Source: Candidatus Latescibacterota bacterium
GTDB taxonomy: Bacteria; Latescibacterota; UBA2968
Direction: 5' to 3'
NCBI GenBank assembly: GCA_965204375.1
Contig: OZ241986.1
Location: 3,328,001-3,392,000, forward strand
Length of the DNA: 64,000 nucleotides
Shown piece after piece: positions 19,854 to 28,890 of this stretch (within the stretch, counting starts at the first letter, position 1; each line of letters starts with the position of its first letter). The translations under genes were made by a program, and so were the position numbers. The notes beneath the pieces are model-generated. The model saw only the letters and a program-made list of their open reading frames with translations, was not told the DNA's origin and did no database searches.

Positions 19854-20870
19854 TTATGCCTGGCAGTCCAAAAGCACCTTCATCACCTCGCCACCCGCCA
19901 CCATCTGTTCAAATCCCTTTGCCGCATCGTCCAGTGGCAGCGTATCCGTAATCAGAGCTTTTACATCAACCGCACCAGATGCCGCCAATCGAATTGCCCG
20001 CTCAAAATCTATGGGCTCGTACACGCGACACCCCACCAGATGCAATTCCCGCCAAAAAAACCGCTGTAAATCCACAGGCGGCGGTTCAGCGTGTACCCCA
20101 ACCAGCACAATGGTTCCGCGGACCCGGGCCAACTCAGTCATAACCCTTGCACCGGGCGCACTGCCGCTAACTTCAAACACGAGATCTGCCCCCGCGCCCT
20201 CGGTCCAATCTTCTGTATATGCGAGAAGATCTGTTTCCAATGGATTTACACTCTCAAAGCCCAATGCCCTCGCCTTTGCCAAACGAAAGGAATTCACTTC
20301 GGAAATCACCACCTCGGCCCCGTCCAATCGCGCCGCCATTGCAACCAGCATCCCAATCGGACCGCCGCCAATCACAACCGCGCGATCGCCCAATTCCACT
20401 TTTGCACGCCGAACATCGTGTACAGCGACTGCAAGCGGTTCAATAAGTGCGCCAGCATCGTCGTCCAGTGCATCGGGTACGCGGTGCAGGCGATCGAGTG
20501 GTGCATTCCAAAAAGCCTGAAATGCCCCCGCAGAGTCAATACCCAAAAAATTCAGATTCTGACAAACATGTCGATGACCCCGTCGGCAAGCTGCACACAC
20601 GCCACATGCCACGGTGGGTTCAACCACCACGCGATCCCCCACTTTGAACTCGGCATCTTTCGGAACACCTACAATTTCGCCGCACATCTCGTGTCCCATC
20701 ACCAGAGGAATTTGCACCCGCTGATCCATGTGCCCCTGATAAATATGCAAATCCGTGCCGCATAAACCCGCCCGCGCCACCTTGATGAGCACCTCATCAT
20801 CACCCCGTTTGGGTTGCGCAATATCGCGCAATTCAACCCGCTCGGGACCCAGATAAACAGACGCTTTCAT
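19854..20870 (-). CDS. Zinc-binding (MDR) alcohol/sugar-acid dehydrogenase
   Basis: GLCGTDLH, GHE, CGVCAAC...C, EPLAVAVH, GGGPIG. Confidence 0.9.
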   Translation of the reverse strand: MKASVYLGPERVELRDIAQPKRGDDEVLIKVARAGLCGTDLHIYQGHMDQRVQIPLVMGHEMCGEIVGVPKDAEFKVGDRVVVEPTVACGVCAACRRGHRHVCQNLNFLGIDSAGAFQAFWNAPLDRLHRVPDALDDDAGALIEPLAVAVHDVRRAKVELGDRAVVIGGGPIGMLVAMAARLDGAEVVISEVNSFRLAKARALGFESVNPLETDLLAYTEDWTEGAGADLVFEVSGSAPGARVMTELARVRGTIVLVGVHAEPPPVDLQRFFWRELHLVGCRVYEPIDFERAIRLAASGAVDVKALITDTLPLDDAAKGFEQMVAGGEVMKVLLDCQA

Positions 20871-21033
20871 ATCACCTCCGCAATAACCCTTGAAATTCAA
20901 AGCTTTGTAATGTATGTTATCTCACGTCAAAACGCTATCAAAAGCCGATCGGAAAATCAAACTGGTCGGCATTTATGATACCGCACAGAAATCAAAGAGT
21001 CAACCCAAAGCATTCAGAATCTTTTCATTCTCC

Positions 21034-23883
21034 ATGTCTATCCTTCACACCTACATAACCCTCGACCTTGAAACCACGGGTCTGAACCCGAAAGAAGCCG
21101 AAATAATCGAAATCGGTGCTGTCAAAGTCAAAGACGGTGAAATTGCCGACCGCTTTCAAACTTATGTGCGTCCGAAAATGGGTGTGCCCGAAGAAACAAC
21201 GCGCCTGACGGGCATAGCATTCAAAGACGTGAGAAACGCCCCCAGCATCAACGCGGCAATCGAAAACTTTATGACCTTTGCCGGCGACCAGCCCCTCATC
21301 GTACACCAGGGTCGATTTGAAACTCGCTTCTTATCTGAAGCCTCTGGCCTGCCCTTTGGCAACAACATACACAGCGTCCGCGACCTCGCGCGGATTGCCC
21401 TGCCCAATCTATCCGATCATCGGGCGAATACACTCGCGGACTATTTTGAAGTCGCATCCTCAGCAGCACACAAAGCACTTTCCGATGCCGAGCAACTCGC
21501 AGGCATATACCCGGGTATCATCGAAATCTTGCGCGAAACCTCATTGCAAAACAAACAAAACATACTACGCCTTTTACAAGGCACAAATAGCCCCTTGCTC
21601 AACATCTTTGTCGATCTGGGCAACGAAGCGGTCAAAAGCGAATTCATGAACCGCATTCGCGGTGGCGGGGCAGAAGGCCTCCCCCTATCCAACATAGGCG
21701 GCGACGAACCCCGAACGGAAACAGAGGACCACGCGCCTCTCGACATCGACATGCTCTGCACCCTGTTTGAATCCGGCGGCACATTCGACCAACAAACCGA
21801 AGGATATGAAGTTCGCACCGAACAGATCGAAATGGTACGCGCCATTGCCGATGCCTTCAACAACAACCATCTCCTCGTCGCCGAAGCGGGCACAGGCGTG
21901 GGCAAATCCATGGCCTATCTCACCCCGGCCATTCACCACGCCGCACAAAATGGCCGCCGCATCATTGTTTCCACCAATACCAAAAATCTTCAGGAACAAT
22001 TGTTCTTCAAAGACCTCCCCCACCTCGAATGCACCCTGAATGTACCCTTTAGCTATGTCCTGCTCAAAGGTCGCAGCAACTATATATGCCTCAACCGCTG
22101 GCATGCCGCACTCGCCAATATGGAAACATTCTTTACCGAAGACGAGCGCGAAGGAGCGTTATCCCTCGTTATATGGGCAGAACAAACGCAAACTGGCGAC
22201 ATTTCGGAAAACAACGGCTTTGATATGCGTCGCTATGCCGGCCTGTGGTCAAAAGTGTGTTCCGACTCGGGGTATTGCCGCTCGCAAAAGTGCCGCACCA
22301 ACGGGCAGTGTTTTGCCAACACCGTGCGCCGATCTGCCCAAAAAGCACATATCGTGGTAGTCAATCACTCCCTGCTCTTTTCCGACATCGTCTCGGAAAA
22401 TGCCGTGCTGGGTGAATACGAAGACCTCATACTGGACGAAGCCCACAACATCGAAAAAATTGCCGCACAATATTTGGGACGCGAACTCAATATATGGCAA
22501 ATCAAAAATTTTTCCGATCAACTGCGCAGTCCGGGATTTCAGAGCACCGGCACCCTGCCCGCATTGCGTCACTGGATCGGTGTAGCCGATCTCAAAGACA
22601 ATATCTTCGCCACCTTTGACAAAGGCATTGGGCGGGCAGTGAACGCCGCCGAAGATATCTATCTCAAAGCGCAGACCTTTTTTCAAGACCTCACGGAATT
22701 TTTGTACGGCAAACAGGGCAAGCGCAAATTTTACTACACGCCAAAAGAGCGCTATCGCCCGGGAGAAAATACGTTTGAGGCGGTTGGTGAAAGTCTTGGG
22801 AACTTTGCCGAAGCGATCAAAGAACTCAACAACAGCTTAAAAAATCTGTGCGATTGGCTCAAAGACTTGCCCGACGACACGTTTCCCAACCAGGACGAAC
22901 TCGTCAACGAACTCGACGGGCGCGCACAGGAATGCAGCGACCTGCTCGCAACCCTCGATCACTTGACCCATCCCGAAGACGAACAATGCGTTTACTGGTT
23001 TGAATTGCCAACCCGAGAAAATAGCAGTGACACGCGCCTGTTTTCTGCGCCCCTGCACGTCGCCGATGTATTGCGCGACGCGCTCTACGACAAAAAGCAC
23101 ACCATCGTCTTCACATCAGCCACTCTGGGCATTCGCGGCAAACTCATCTACTTTCTTCAACGCATGGGGCTCGACACCATGCCCGATGAGCGCGTACAAA
23201 CGAGTTGTTTGGGTTCGCCCTTTGACTACAATTTACAAGCCCTCGTCTGCGTACCTCAATTTATGCCATCACCCAAATCCCCTCATTTTCAACAAGCTGT
23301 TGACGATTTGTTGCGCCATCTGGCGCGCAAAGTCGGACGGGGCACGCTGGCATTATTTACTTCCTACAGCATGCTCAACCAGTCTTATGACGCGCTCAAA
23401 AACGATCTATCGTCCGATGGCATCTTACTCTTGGGACAGGGGATAGACGGTGCGCGTGGCAACATTACCGACCGCTTTAAGACCCACCGCCGCGCAATGT
23501 TGCTTGGCACAGACAGTTTCTGGGAGGGGGTAGATATCCCCGGCGAAGCCCTCGAAATCCTGGGTATTATTCGCCTGCCTTTTGCCGTGCCATCTGAACC
23601 CCTCGTTGCGGCGCACATGGAAGAACTCGAAAAACAGGGCAAAAATCCATTTTTACACTATTCGGTCCCCGAAGCCATTCTCAAATTTCGCCAGGGTTTT
23701 GGCCGCCTGATACGCAACAAATCCGACAGAGGCATTGTCATCGTCTTCGACAGTCGGGTTTTATCCACCTTTTATGGGCGGGCTTTTCTCGAAGCATTGC
23801 CAGTTCAACATCGGGCGTTTCGAGCACCAGACCATTTATTACAAGCCATCAAAAGCTGGTTCGACAAAGCGAGCGCATCGTGA
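21034..23883 (+). CDS. dinG: DinG family helicase with N-terminal DnaQ-like exonuclease domain
   Basis: DLETTG and HKALSDA exonuclease motifs; EAGTGVGKS, KGRSNYIC, ILDEAH, TSATL, FWEGVD, QGFGRLIR. Confidence 0.93.
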   Translation: MSILHTYITLDLETTGLNPKEAEIIEIGAVKVKDGEIADRFQTYVRPKMGVPEETTRLTGIAFKDVRNAPSINAAIENFMTFAGDQPLIVHQGRFETRFLSEASGLPFGNNIHSVRDLARIALPNLSDHRANTLADYFEVASSAAHKALSDAEQLAGIYPGIIEILRETSLQNKQNILRLLQGTNSPLLNIFVDLGNEAVKSEFMNRIRGGGAEGLPLSNIGGDEPRTETEDHAPLDIDMLCTLFESGGTFDQQTEGYEVRTEQIEMVRAIADAFNNNHLLVAEAGTGVGKSMAYLTPAIHHAAQNGRRIIVSTNTKNLQEQLFFKDLPHLECTLNVPFSYVLLKGRSNYICLNRWHAALANMETFFTEDEREGALSLVIWAEQTQTGDISENNGFDMRRYAGLWSKVCSDSGYCRSQKCRTNGQCFANTVRRSAQKAHIVVVNHSLLFSDIVSENAVLGEYEDLILDEAHNIEKIAAQYLGRELNIWQIKNFSDQLRSPGFQSTGTLPALRHWIGVADLKDNIFATFDKGIGRAVNAAEDIYLKAQTFFQDLTEFLYGKQGKRKFYYTPKERYRPGENTFEAVGESLGNFAEAIKELNNSLKNLCDWLKDLPDDTFPNQDELVNELDGRAQECSDLLATLDHLTHPEDEQCVYWFELPTRENSSDTRLFSAPLHVADVLRDALYDKKHTIVFTSATLGIRGKLIYFLQRMGLDTMPDERVQTSCLGSPFDYNLQALVCVPQFMPSPKSPHFQQAVDDLLRHLARKVGRGTLALFTSYSMLNQSYDALKNDLSSDGILLLGQGIDGARGNITDRFKTHRRAMLLGTDSFWEGVDIPGEALEILGIIRLPFAVPSEPLVAAHMEELEKQGKNPFLHYSVPEAILKFRQGFGRLIRNKSDRGIVIVFDSRVLSTFYGRAFLEALPVQHRAFRAPDHLLQAIKSWFDKASAS

Positions 23884-25301
23884 ATACCAAACACCTGACT
23901 TCCATACGCGAGCCTCTGGGGAAATTGCTGGTACAAATTCCCCAGCGCGATCATCCGCTCGTCGGGCATGCCTATCACTTTGCCAATGCCAGCCACGAAG
24001 GCCAGGACCGCGATGCCGGGCAACCATATATCACCCATCCCATCGGCGTGGCACTCATCCTGGCTTCTGAATTGGGCTTTGCGCGCGATGCGGAAATGAT
24101 GGCAGCGGCACTATTGCACGACGCCGTTGAAGACTCTGCCCTGACCCTTAGCGACATTGAACCCACCTTTGGCAAAAACATTGCCACTCTCGTCAGCGGC
24201 GTCACAAAAGTAGAAGGATCAAAAGCCGGTCGCACTGCGCGGCGCATTGCCACCTTGCAACACCTGTTCACCCATGCCAGAAGAGACCCGCGCGTACTCA
24301 TTCTCAAATTAGCTGACCGCATGTACAACATGCGTAGCCTCGACGGTATTTCAGAAATCGACAGGCGACAACGCATTGCGCGAGAAACCATTGATATATA
24401 TGCGCCCCTATCGCACCTATTGGGCATGGCCCGCATTCGGCGCGAGCTTGAAGACCGCAGTCTTTGCTGCCTTGAACCGCGGATCGCGAATCAGATACAG
24501 ACTACATTTAGAACAGAACAGACTGGGCACCTCGTAAAATTCCAGGACACAATTCGCAACTTGCTCAACGCCAACGGCGTGCGGACAAGTGTGCGCGTGC
24601 AACAGAAAAGTTTGGGTAGCATCTACCGCAAAATGCAACATCGCCCCCTCAATCAAATTCAGGATCGCTACGCAGTCGAAGTCATTGTCTCACGTCGTCG
24701 TCTGTGTTATTTGGCTTTGGGCATTTTGCACGAGCACTTCCTGCCCGTTATGGAGCGTTTCAAAGACTTTATAGCCCTGCCCAAACGCAATGGTTATCAA
24801 GCCCTGCATACCTGTGTCCACCACAAGGATCAACGCTACGAACTCCACATTCAAACCCCTGCAATGCATCGCCTGGGCGAATTTGGCATCGCCGCATTGC
24901 GCGGAGACGCGCAGCATGAAGAGCGGCGCACACGCTGGTTGCACGATTTTGTCGATTGGTACGACCGCGCCGATGCCTCCCATCACCTGATGACGGAACT
25001 CAAACGCATTCTCTTTACCCGAGAAATTGTCGCCCTCACCCCCAGAGGTGACCCCTTTATATTGCCCGAAGATGCGACCGTCGTCGATTTTGCCTTTGCC
25101 GTGCATACCGACCTCGGCTTACAATGCAAAGGAGGCCGTATCAACGGCGCGCGGGCTTATCCGTTCTCCAAACTCGCCTGGGGCGACACCGTTGAAATTG
25201 ACACCGATCCAAACCAACATCCCAAAAAGAGTTGGATTAGCCGCGTTAAAACCTACCGCGCCCGCCGTCACATCCAGCACTATCTCAATAGTCAAACATA
25301 A
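23880..25301 (+). CDS. RelA/SpoT homologue (HD hydrolase + divergent synthetase + TGS, no ACT)
   Basis: PYITHP, LLHDAVED, LKLADRMYNMR, IYAPL, KDFIALPKRNGYQALHT, TP.G..LP..AT..DFAFAVHT. Confidence 0.88.
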   Translation: MNTKHLTSIREPLGKLLVQIPQRDHPLVGHAYHFANASHEGQDRDAGQPYITHPIGVALILASELGFARDAEMMAAALLHDAVEDSALTLSDIEPTFGKNIATLVSGVTKVEGSKAGRTARRIATLQHLFTHARRDPRVLILKLADRMYNMRSLDGISEIDRRQRIARETIDIYAPLSHLLGMARIRRELEDRSLCCLEPRIANQIQTTFRTEQTGHLVKFQDTIRNLLNANGVRTSVRVQQKSLGSIYRKMQHRPLNQIQDRYAVEVIVSRRRLCYLALGILHEHFLPVMERFKDFIALPKRNGYQALHTCVHHKDQRYELHIQTPAMHRLGEFGIAALRGDAQHEERRTRWLHDFVDWYDRADASHHLMTELKRILFTREIVALTPRGDPFILPEDATVVDFAFAVHTDLGLQCKGGRINGARAYPFSKLAWGDTVEIDTDPNQHPKKSWISRVKTYRARRHIQHYLNSQT

Positions 25302-25340
25302 GCGGTCAGCAGTCGGCTTTAATTGGACGATGATGGGTGA

Positions 25341-25410
25341 ACTTCACACTTCACACTTCACACTTCACACTTCACACTTCACACTTCACACTTCTCACTT
25401 CTCACTTCTC
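25341..25410 (+). repeat. Heptamer tandem repeat (ACTTCAC)7(ACTTCTC)3
   Basis: Read directly: 70 nt, ten units, ending immediately before the ATG at 25411. Confidence 0.95.
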
Positions 25411-25728
25411 ATGCCTCGCTTTCTTTTATTCTTTGCCATCATCCTGATCTTTGCGTGTTCGGGAACCAATCCCGTTCTCGAAAGTCAAAAGATGAAGGTC
25501 TCACAAGCTCAAAAGACGCTGCGCGAAGAACGCATCCGCTTGCAAACCCTGCGCGACAGCCTGAAAAGCGAAATTCGCCGCAATATCGCCCTGGGCATTC
25601 CAGAAGAACAGGCAGAAAAAATAGAACACGCCCGTATCAAAATTCAGGAAACCATTGTCGTGGTATCGGAAAAAAATCTGGCAGCGCAACGCGCTCTACT
25701 CGACTCGCTCACAAAATATTCCCCTTGA
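25411..25728 (+). CDS. Small coiled-coil lipoprotein
   Basis: MPRFLLFFAIILIFAC lipobox-like signal followed by heptad-rich sequence. Confidence 0.7.
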   Translation: MPRFLLFFAIILIFACSGTNPVLESQKMKVSQAQKTLREERIRLQTLRDSLKSEIRRNIALGIPEEQAEKIEHARIKIQETIVVVSEKNLAAQRALLDSLTKYSP

Positions 25729-25736
25729 GGCTTTGG

Positions 25737-25781
25737 TATTTACAAATTATTTACAAATATTAACTTGCGCTAATAGCGCAA
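25737..25781. promoter_or_regulatory. Candidate operator: tandem TATTTACAAAT x2 plus palindrome TTGCGCTA-A-TAGCGCAA
   Basis: Seen directly in the AT-rich region upstream of the DUF1800 gene. Confidence 0.4.
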
Positions 25782-25871
25782 ATTTATCATATTGACCATC
25801 TGTAACTATATATAACTGTATATGCTTGCGTTTAGGCATCCCGAAAACTTTGAACAAGAGGAGGAGCATCC

Positions 25872-27344
25872 GTGTCCAACCGCGAACATTTTCCTGTCGC
25901 GCCCAAACTTGCGTATGCATCCACGGGACTCGAACCGTATATCCCCTCGGCAGAACAGCCCTGGGACGAGCACCGGGCGGCACACCTCTTGCGGCGCACC
26001 CTGATTGGTCCAACGCCAAAAGAAATTGCAGAAGCCGTGCAAAGCACGCCAGAAGCCGTTGTAGATCGCCTTCTGGAAATGCCTTTTTTGCCTCCCAATC
26101 CACCCGCTCAGTGGGTTTATCAGGATCCATTTCAAAAACCCAATGCAGATCAGCGCAAAATTGAGCGCCAGCGCGTTGACGAGACCCGCGCCTGGTGGAT
26201 GTCGCTCATCGTCAATCAGGGGTTCTCAATACAAGAGCGCATGGTACTCTTCTGGCACGATCACTTTGCCACCCAGGCAAAAGATGTCAGACGCCCGCAG
26301 TGGATGTATCTCCAGAATTTCCTGTTTCGCAAGCGTGCTGTCGGCAATTTCAAAACACTTGTCAATGAAGTCACAATAGATCCGGCCATGATCTACTACC
26401 TCGACAGCAACTCCAACAGAGTGGGAAGACCCAATGAAAATTACGCCCGAGAACTCATGGAATTGTTCACCATGGGCGAGGGCAACACCTACACAGAACA
26501 CGATATTGGAGAGGCATCCCGCGCGCTCACAGGTTGGATTGTCGTAGGCAGGCAACCCACTTTTAGAACGGGTCGGTTCGACAAAGGCCAGAAGACCTTC
26601 TTGGGACAAACTGGCAACTTTGATTATCGGGACATTATCGACATCATCTTCCAGCAAGAAATCACAGCAGAATTTATATGCGGCAAACTCTATCGCGAAT
26701 TTGTCTATGAGCATCCAGACAAAAATGTCGTGTCGGAACTCGCGCAAATCATGCGCGACAACGACTACGAAATCAAACCAGTTTTGAAAGCATTGCTCTT
26801 GAGCCAGCACTTTTTTGATCCAGCCACCATCGGTGCCAAAATCAAAAGCCCCGTCGAACTCGTCGCCGGTACAGCGCGCAGTCTCGGTTTCAAAGCTGGC
26901 AAAGGCAGGAGCATCAGTTCCGAGTACCTCGTTTACCTCGCCCAGGTGCTCGGTCAAAAACTGCTCGATCCCCCCAATGTAGCCGGATGGCCTGGATATC
27001 GGCTATGGATCAGCACATCGACACTGCCCGAACGCCACAAAATGACCGACGAAATGGTCGATGCCAAACCGCGCAATCCCAACCGTTACACCATCATCAA
27101 CCCGGATACCGTGGGATTCGTCAAGGCATTTCCCGAACCCTACGACGCGGAAAAACTCGTTCGCGACATGGGAGAATGTCTGACGGCCTTTTCAGTTGAC
27201 GAATATCGCCTCGAAATGTTTTTGGAAACGCTCCTCGAAGGCGCTGATGTCTATGACTGGAATCCCGACGCGATTGCAGCACCCCGACGCATCAAGAATA
27301 TTCTCAAACTCATCTTTGAATTGCCCGACTATCAACTGAATTAG
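25872..27344 (+). CDS. DUF1800 family protein
   Basis: AAHLLRR, ERMVLFWHDHFAT, DPAMIYYLD, PNENYARELMELFTMG, KIKSP.E, PPNVAGW. Confidence 0.9.
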   Translation: MSNREHFPVAPKLAYASTGLEPYIPSAEQPWDEHRAAHLLRRTLIGPTPKEIAEAVQSTPEAVVDRLLEMPFLPPNPPAQWVYQDPFQKPNADQRKIERQRVDETRAWWMSLIVNQGFSIQERMVLFWHDHFATQAKDVRRPQWMYLQNFLFRKRAVGNFKTLVNEVTIDPAMIYYLDSNSNRVGRPNENYARELMELFTMGEGNTYTEHDIGEASRALTGWIVVGRQPTFRTGRFDKGQKTFLGQTGNFDYRDIIDIIFQQEITAEFICGKLYREFVYEHPDKNVVSELAQIMRDNDYEIKPVLKALLLSQHFFDPATIGAKIKSPVELVAGTARSLGFKAGKGRSISSEYLVYLAQVLGQKLLDPPNVAGWPGYRLWISTSTLPERHKMTDEMVDAKPRNPNRYTIINPDTVGFVKAFPEPYDAEKLVRDMGECLTAFSVDEYRLEMFLETLLEGADVYDWNPDAIAAPRRIKNILKLIFELPDYQLN

Positions 27345-27383
27345 ACTTGAGGCCTGCCTGTCAGCCTCCAGAAGGAGCTCGTT

Positions 27384-28808
27384 ATGAACAGACGCGACTT
27401 TATGAAAAATGCGACCCGCGGTGGTGCCGGGTTTGCACTCGGCGGTTTTATGACCCGGGCTTATGGGCGCGCCGAAGCTGTTGGTCCCCTGGCCGCAGCA
27501 GCCCTCAGCGAGACCGACCGCGTGCTCGTTATCATTCGCCTCAATGGCGGTAATGACGGCCTCAACACCCTGGTCAATTTTGAAAACGATGCCTATTATC
27601 AGGCGCGTCCCAAAATCCACGTCAGAAAAGCAGAAGCCCTCAGACTCACCCCAACACAGGGCCTGCATCCCCAACTCACCGGATTCAAAGAACTCTATGA
27701 CGAAGGTCAAATGATGATCATGCAGGGGGTGGGCTATCCCAATCCCAACCGGTCGCACTTCCGCTCAACCGATATCTGGTTGACCGCATCGAATTCAAAC
27801 GAATTTTTGAATCACGGTTGGCTGGGGCGCTATTTCGAATCCCAAACCCCGGGCTTCCCAGACACCCTGCCAGAACATCCTCTCGCCGTTGACATCGGCC
27901 CCGTGCTTTCCCTCGCTCTGTTGGGCAAAAACGGCGCTATGGGCATTGCCCTGCGCAACCCCAGGCAATTTGTCAATCTCGTGGAACGGGGCAACAAAAT
28001 TATCGAAGACGGTAAAATTCCCACACCGGCTGGATATGAACTCGACTTTATCCGCCGCATCAATTTTGAATCCCTGCAATATTCCTCACAAGTCAGAGAT
28101 GCTGCAGATAAAGGCGCAAACAGGGTTGAATACCCCACCGGGAATTCGCTCGCCACCCAACTCAGTCTGGTTGCGCGGTTGATCGCTGGCGGCTTGAAAT
28201 CCAAAGTGTATCTGGTCTCACAGGGCGGATACGACACACACTCCAATCAGCTCAACCGCCACAACACCCTGATGAGATATCTCAACGAAGCAGTCACGTC
28301 TTTTGTTCAGGACCTGCGGCAACACCAGTTGCAAGACCGCGTGCTCGGCATGAGCATTTCGGAATTTGGTCGTCGAACAAAAGAAAACGGCAGCGCGGGC
28401 ACCGATCACGGCACATCGGCACCCATGTTCTTCTTTGGCCCATCGGTCAATGCGGGCATTGCAGGTCCAGCCCCCAACTTTGGGCAGGTTGACAGACGCG
28501 GTGACTTTTACTACGATCACGATTTCCGCCATGTCTATGCCTCGGTGCTCAACCAGTGGTTTGACGTATCACAAGACGTGGTCTCAAACATCTTTTCATC
28601 CAATACGTCTCATATACCCATTCTCAGATCGCCACCCCTCGATCTCGCCAAAGTTGACTTTAATGCCGACGGCAAACTCGACTTTACCGACTTTCTCGAA
28701 TTTACCCAGGCCTTCGGTACTGACGAGGCCAAATACGACTTAGACGGCGACGGCAAAGTTGGATTTGGCGATTTCCTGAGATTTGTCGATGCCTACCGAA
28801 ACCGTTAA
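27384..28808 (+). CDS. DUF1501 family Tat-exported protein with C-terminal dockerin/EF-hand-like tag
   Basis: MNRRDFMK Tat motif, LNGGNDGLNT, PNRSHFRS, GYDTH, SEFGRR, GTDHG; tail DFNADGKLDF..DLDGDGKVGFGDF. Confidence 0.9.
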   Translation: MNRRDFMKNATRGGAGFALGGFMTRAYGRAEAVGPLAAAALSETDRVLVIIRLNGGNDGLNTLVNFENDAYYQARPKIHVRKAEALRLTPTQGLHPQLTGFKELYDEGQMMIMQGVGYPNPNRSHFRSTDIWLTASNSNEFLNHGWLGRYFESQTPGFPDTLPEHPLAVDIGPVLSLALLGKNGAMGIALRNPRQFVNLVERGNKIIEDGKIPTPAGYELDFIRRINFESLQYSSQVRDAADKGANRVEYPTGNSLATQLSLVARLIAGGLKSKVYLVSQGGYDTHSNQLNRHNTLMRYLNEAVTSFVQDLRQHQLQDRVLGMSISEFGRRTKENGSAGTDHGTSAPMFFFGPSVNAGIAGPAPNFGQVDRRGDFYYDHDFRHVYASVLNQWFDVSQDVVSNIFSSNTSHIPILRSPPLDLAKVDFNADGKLDFTDFLEFTQAFGTDEAKYDLDGDGKVGFGDFLRFVDAYRNR

Positions 28809-28833
28809 GCACTCAGCATCGTCTGAAACATAA

Positions 28834-28860
28834 AAAGCCCCGGTCACGCACCGGGGCTTT
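28834..28860 (+). terminator. Intrinsic terminator
   Basis: AAAGCCCCGGT-cacgc-ACCGGGGCTTT after the DUF1501 gene. Confidence 0.7.
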
Positions 28861-28890
28861 ACTCATGGGCAATAGAGACGAGGCAAATCC

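Noticed and set aside
21034-21520. Inactive exonuclease domain in DinG
   Set aside because: The ExoII motif is altered (HQGRFE) but ExoI and ExoIII are intact, so inactivity cannot be concluded
25027-25329. N-terminal part of the 233-aa ORF
   Set aside because: Overlaps the RSH gene out of frame; only the lipoprotein part is credible
25341-25410. CRISPR array
   Set aside because: Pure 7-bp tandem repeat without spacers; the 37-bp repeat at 39213 is intragenic; no cas genes
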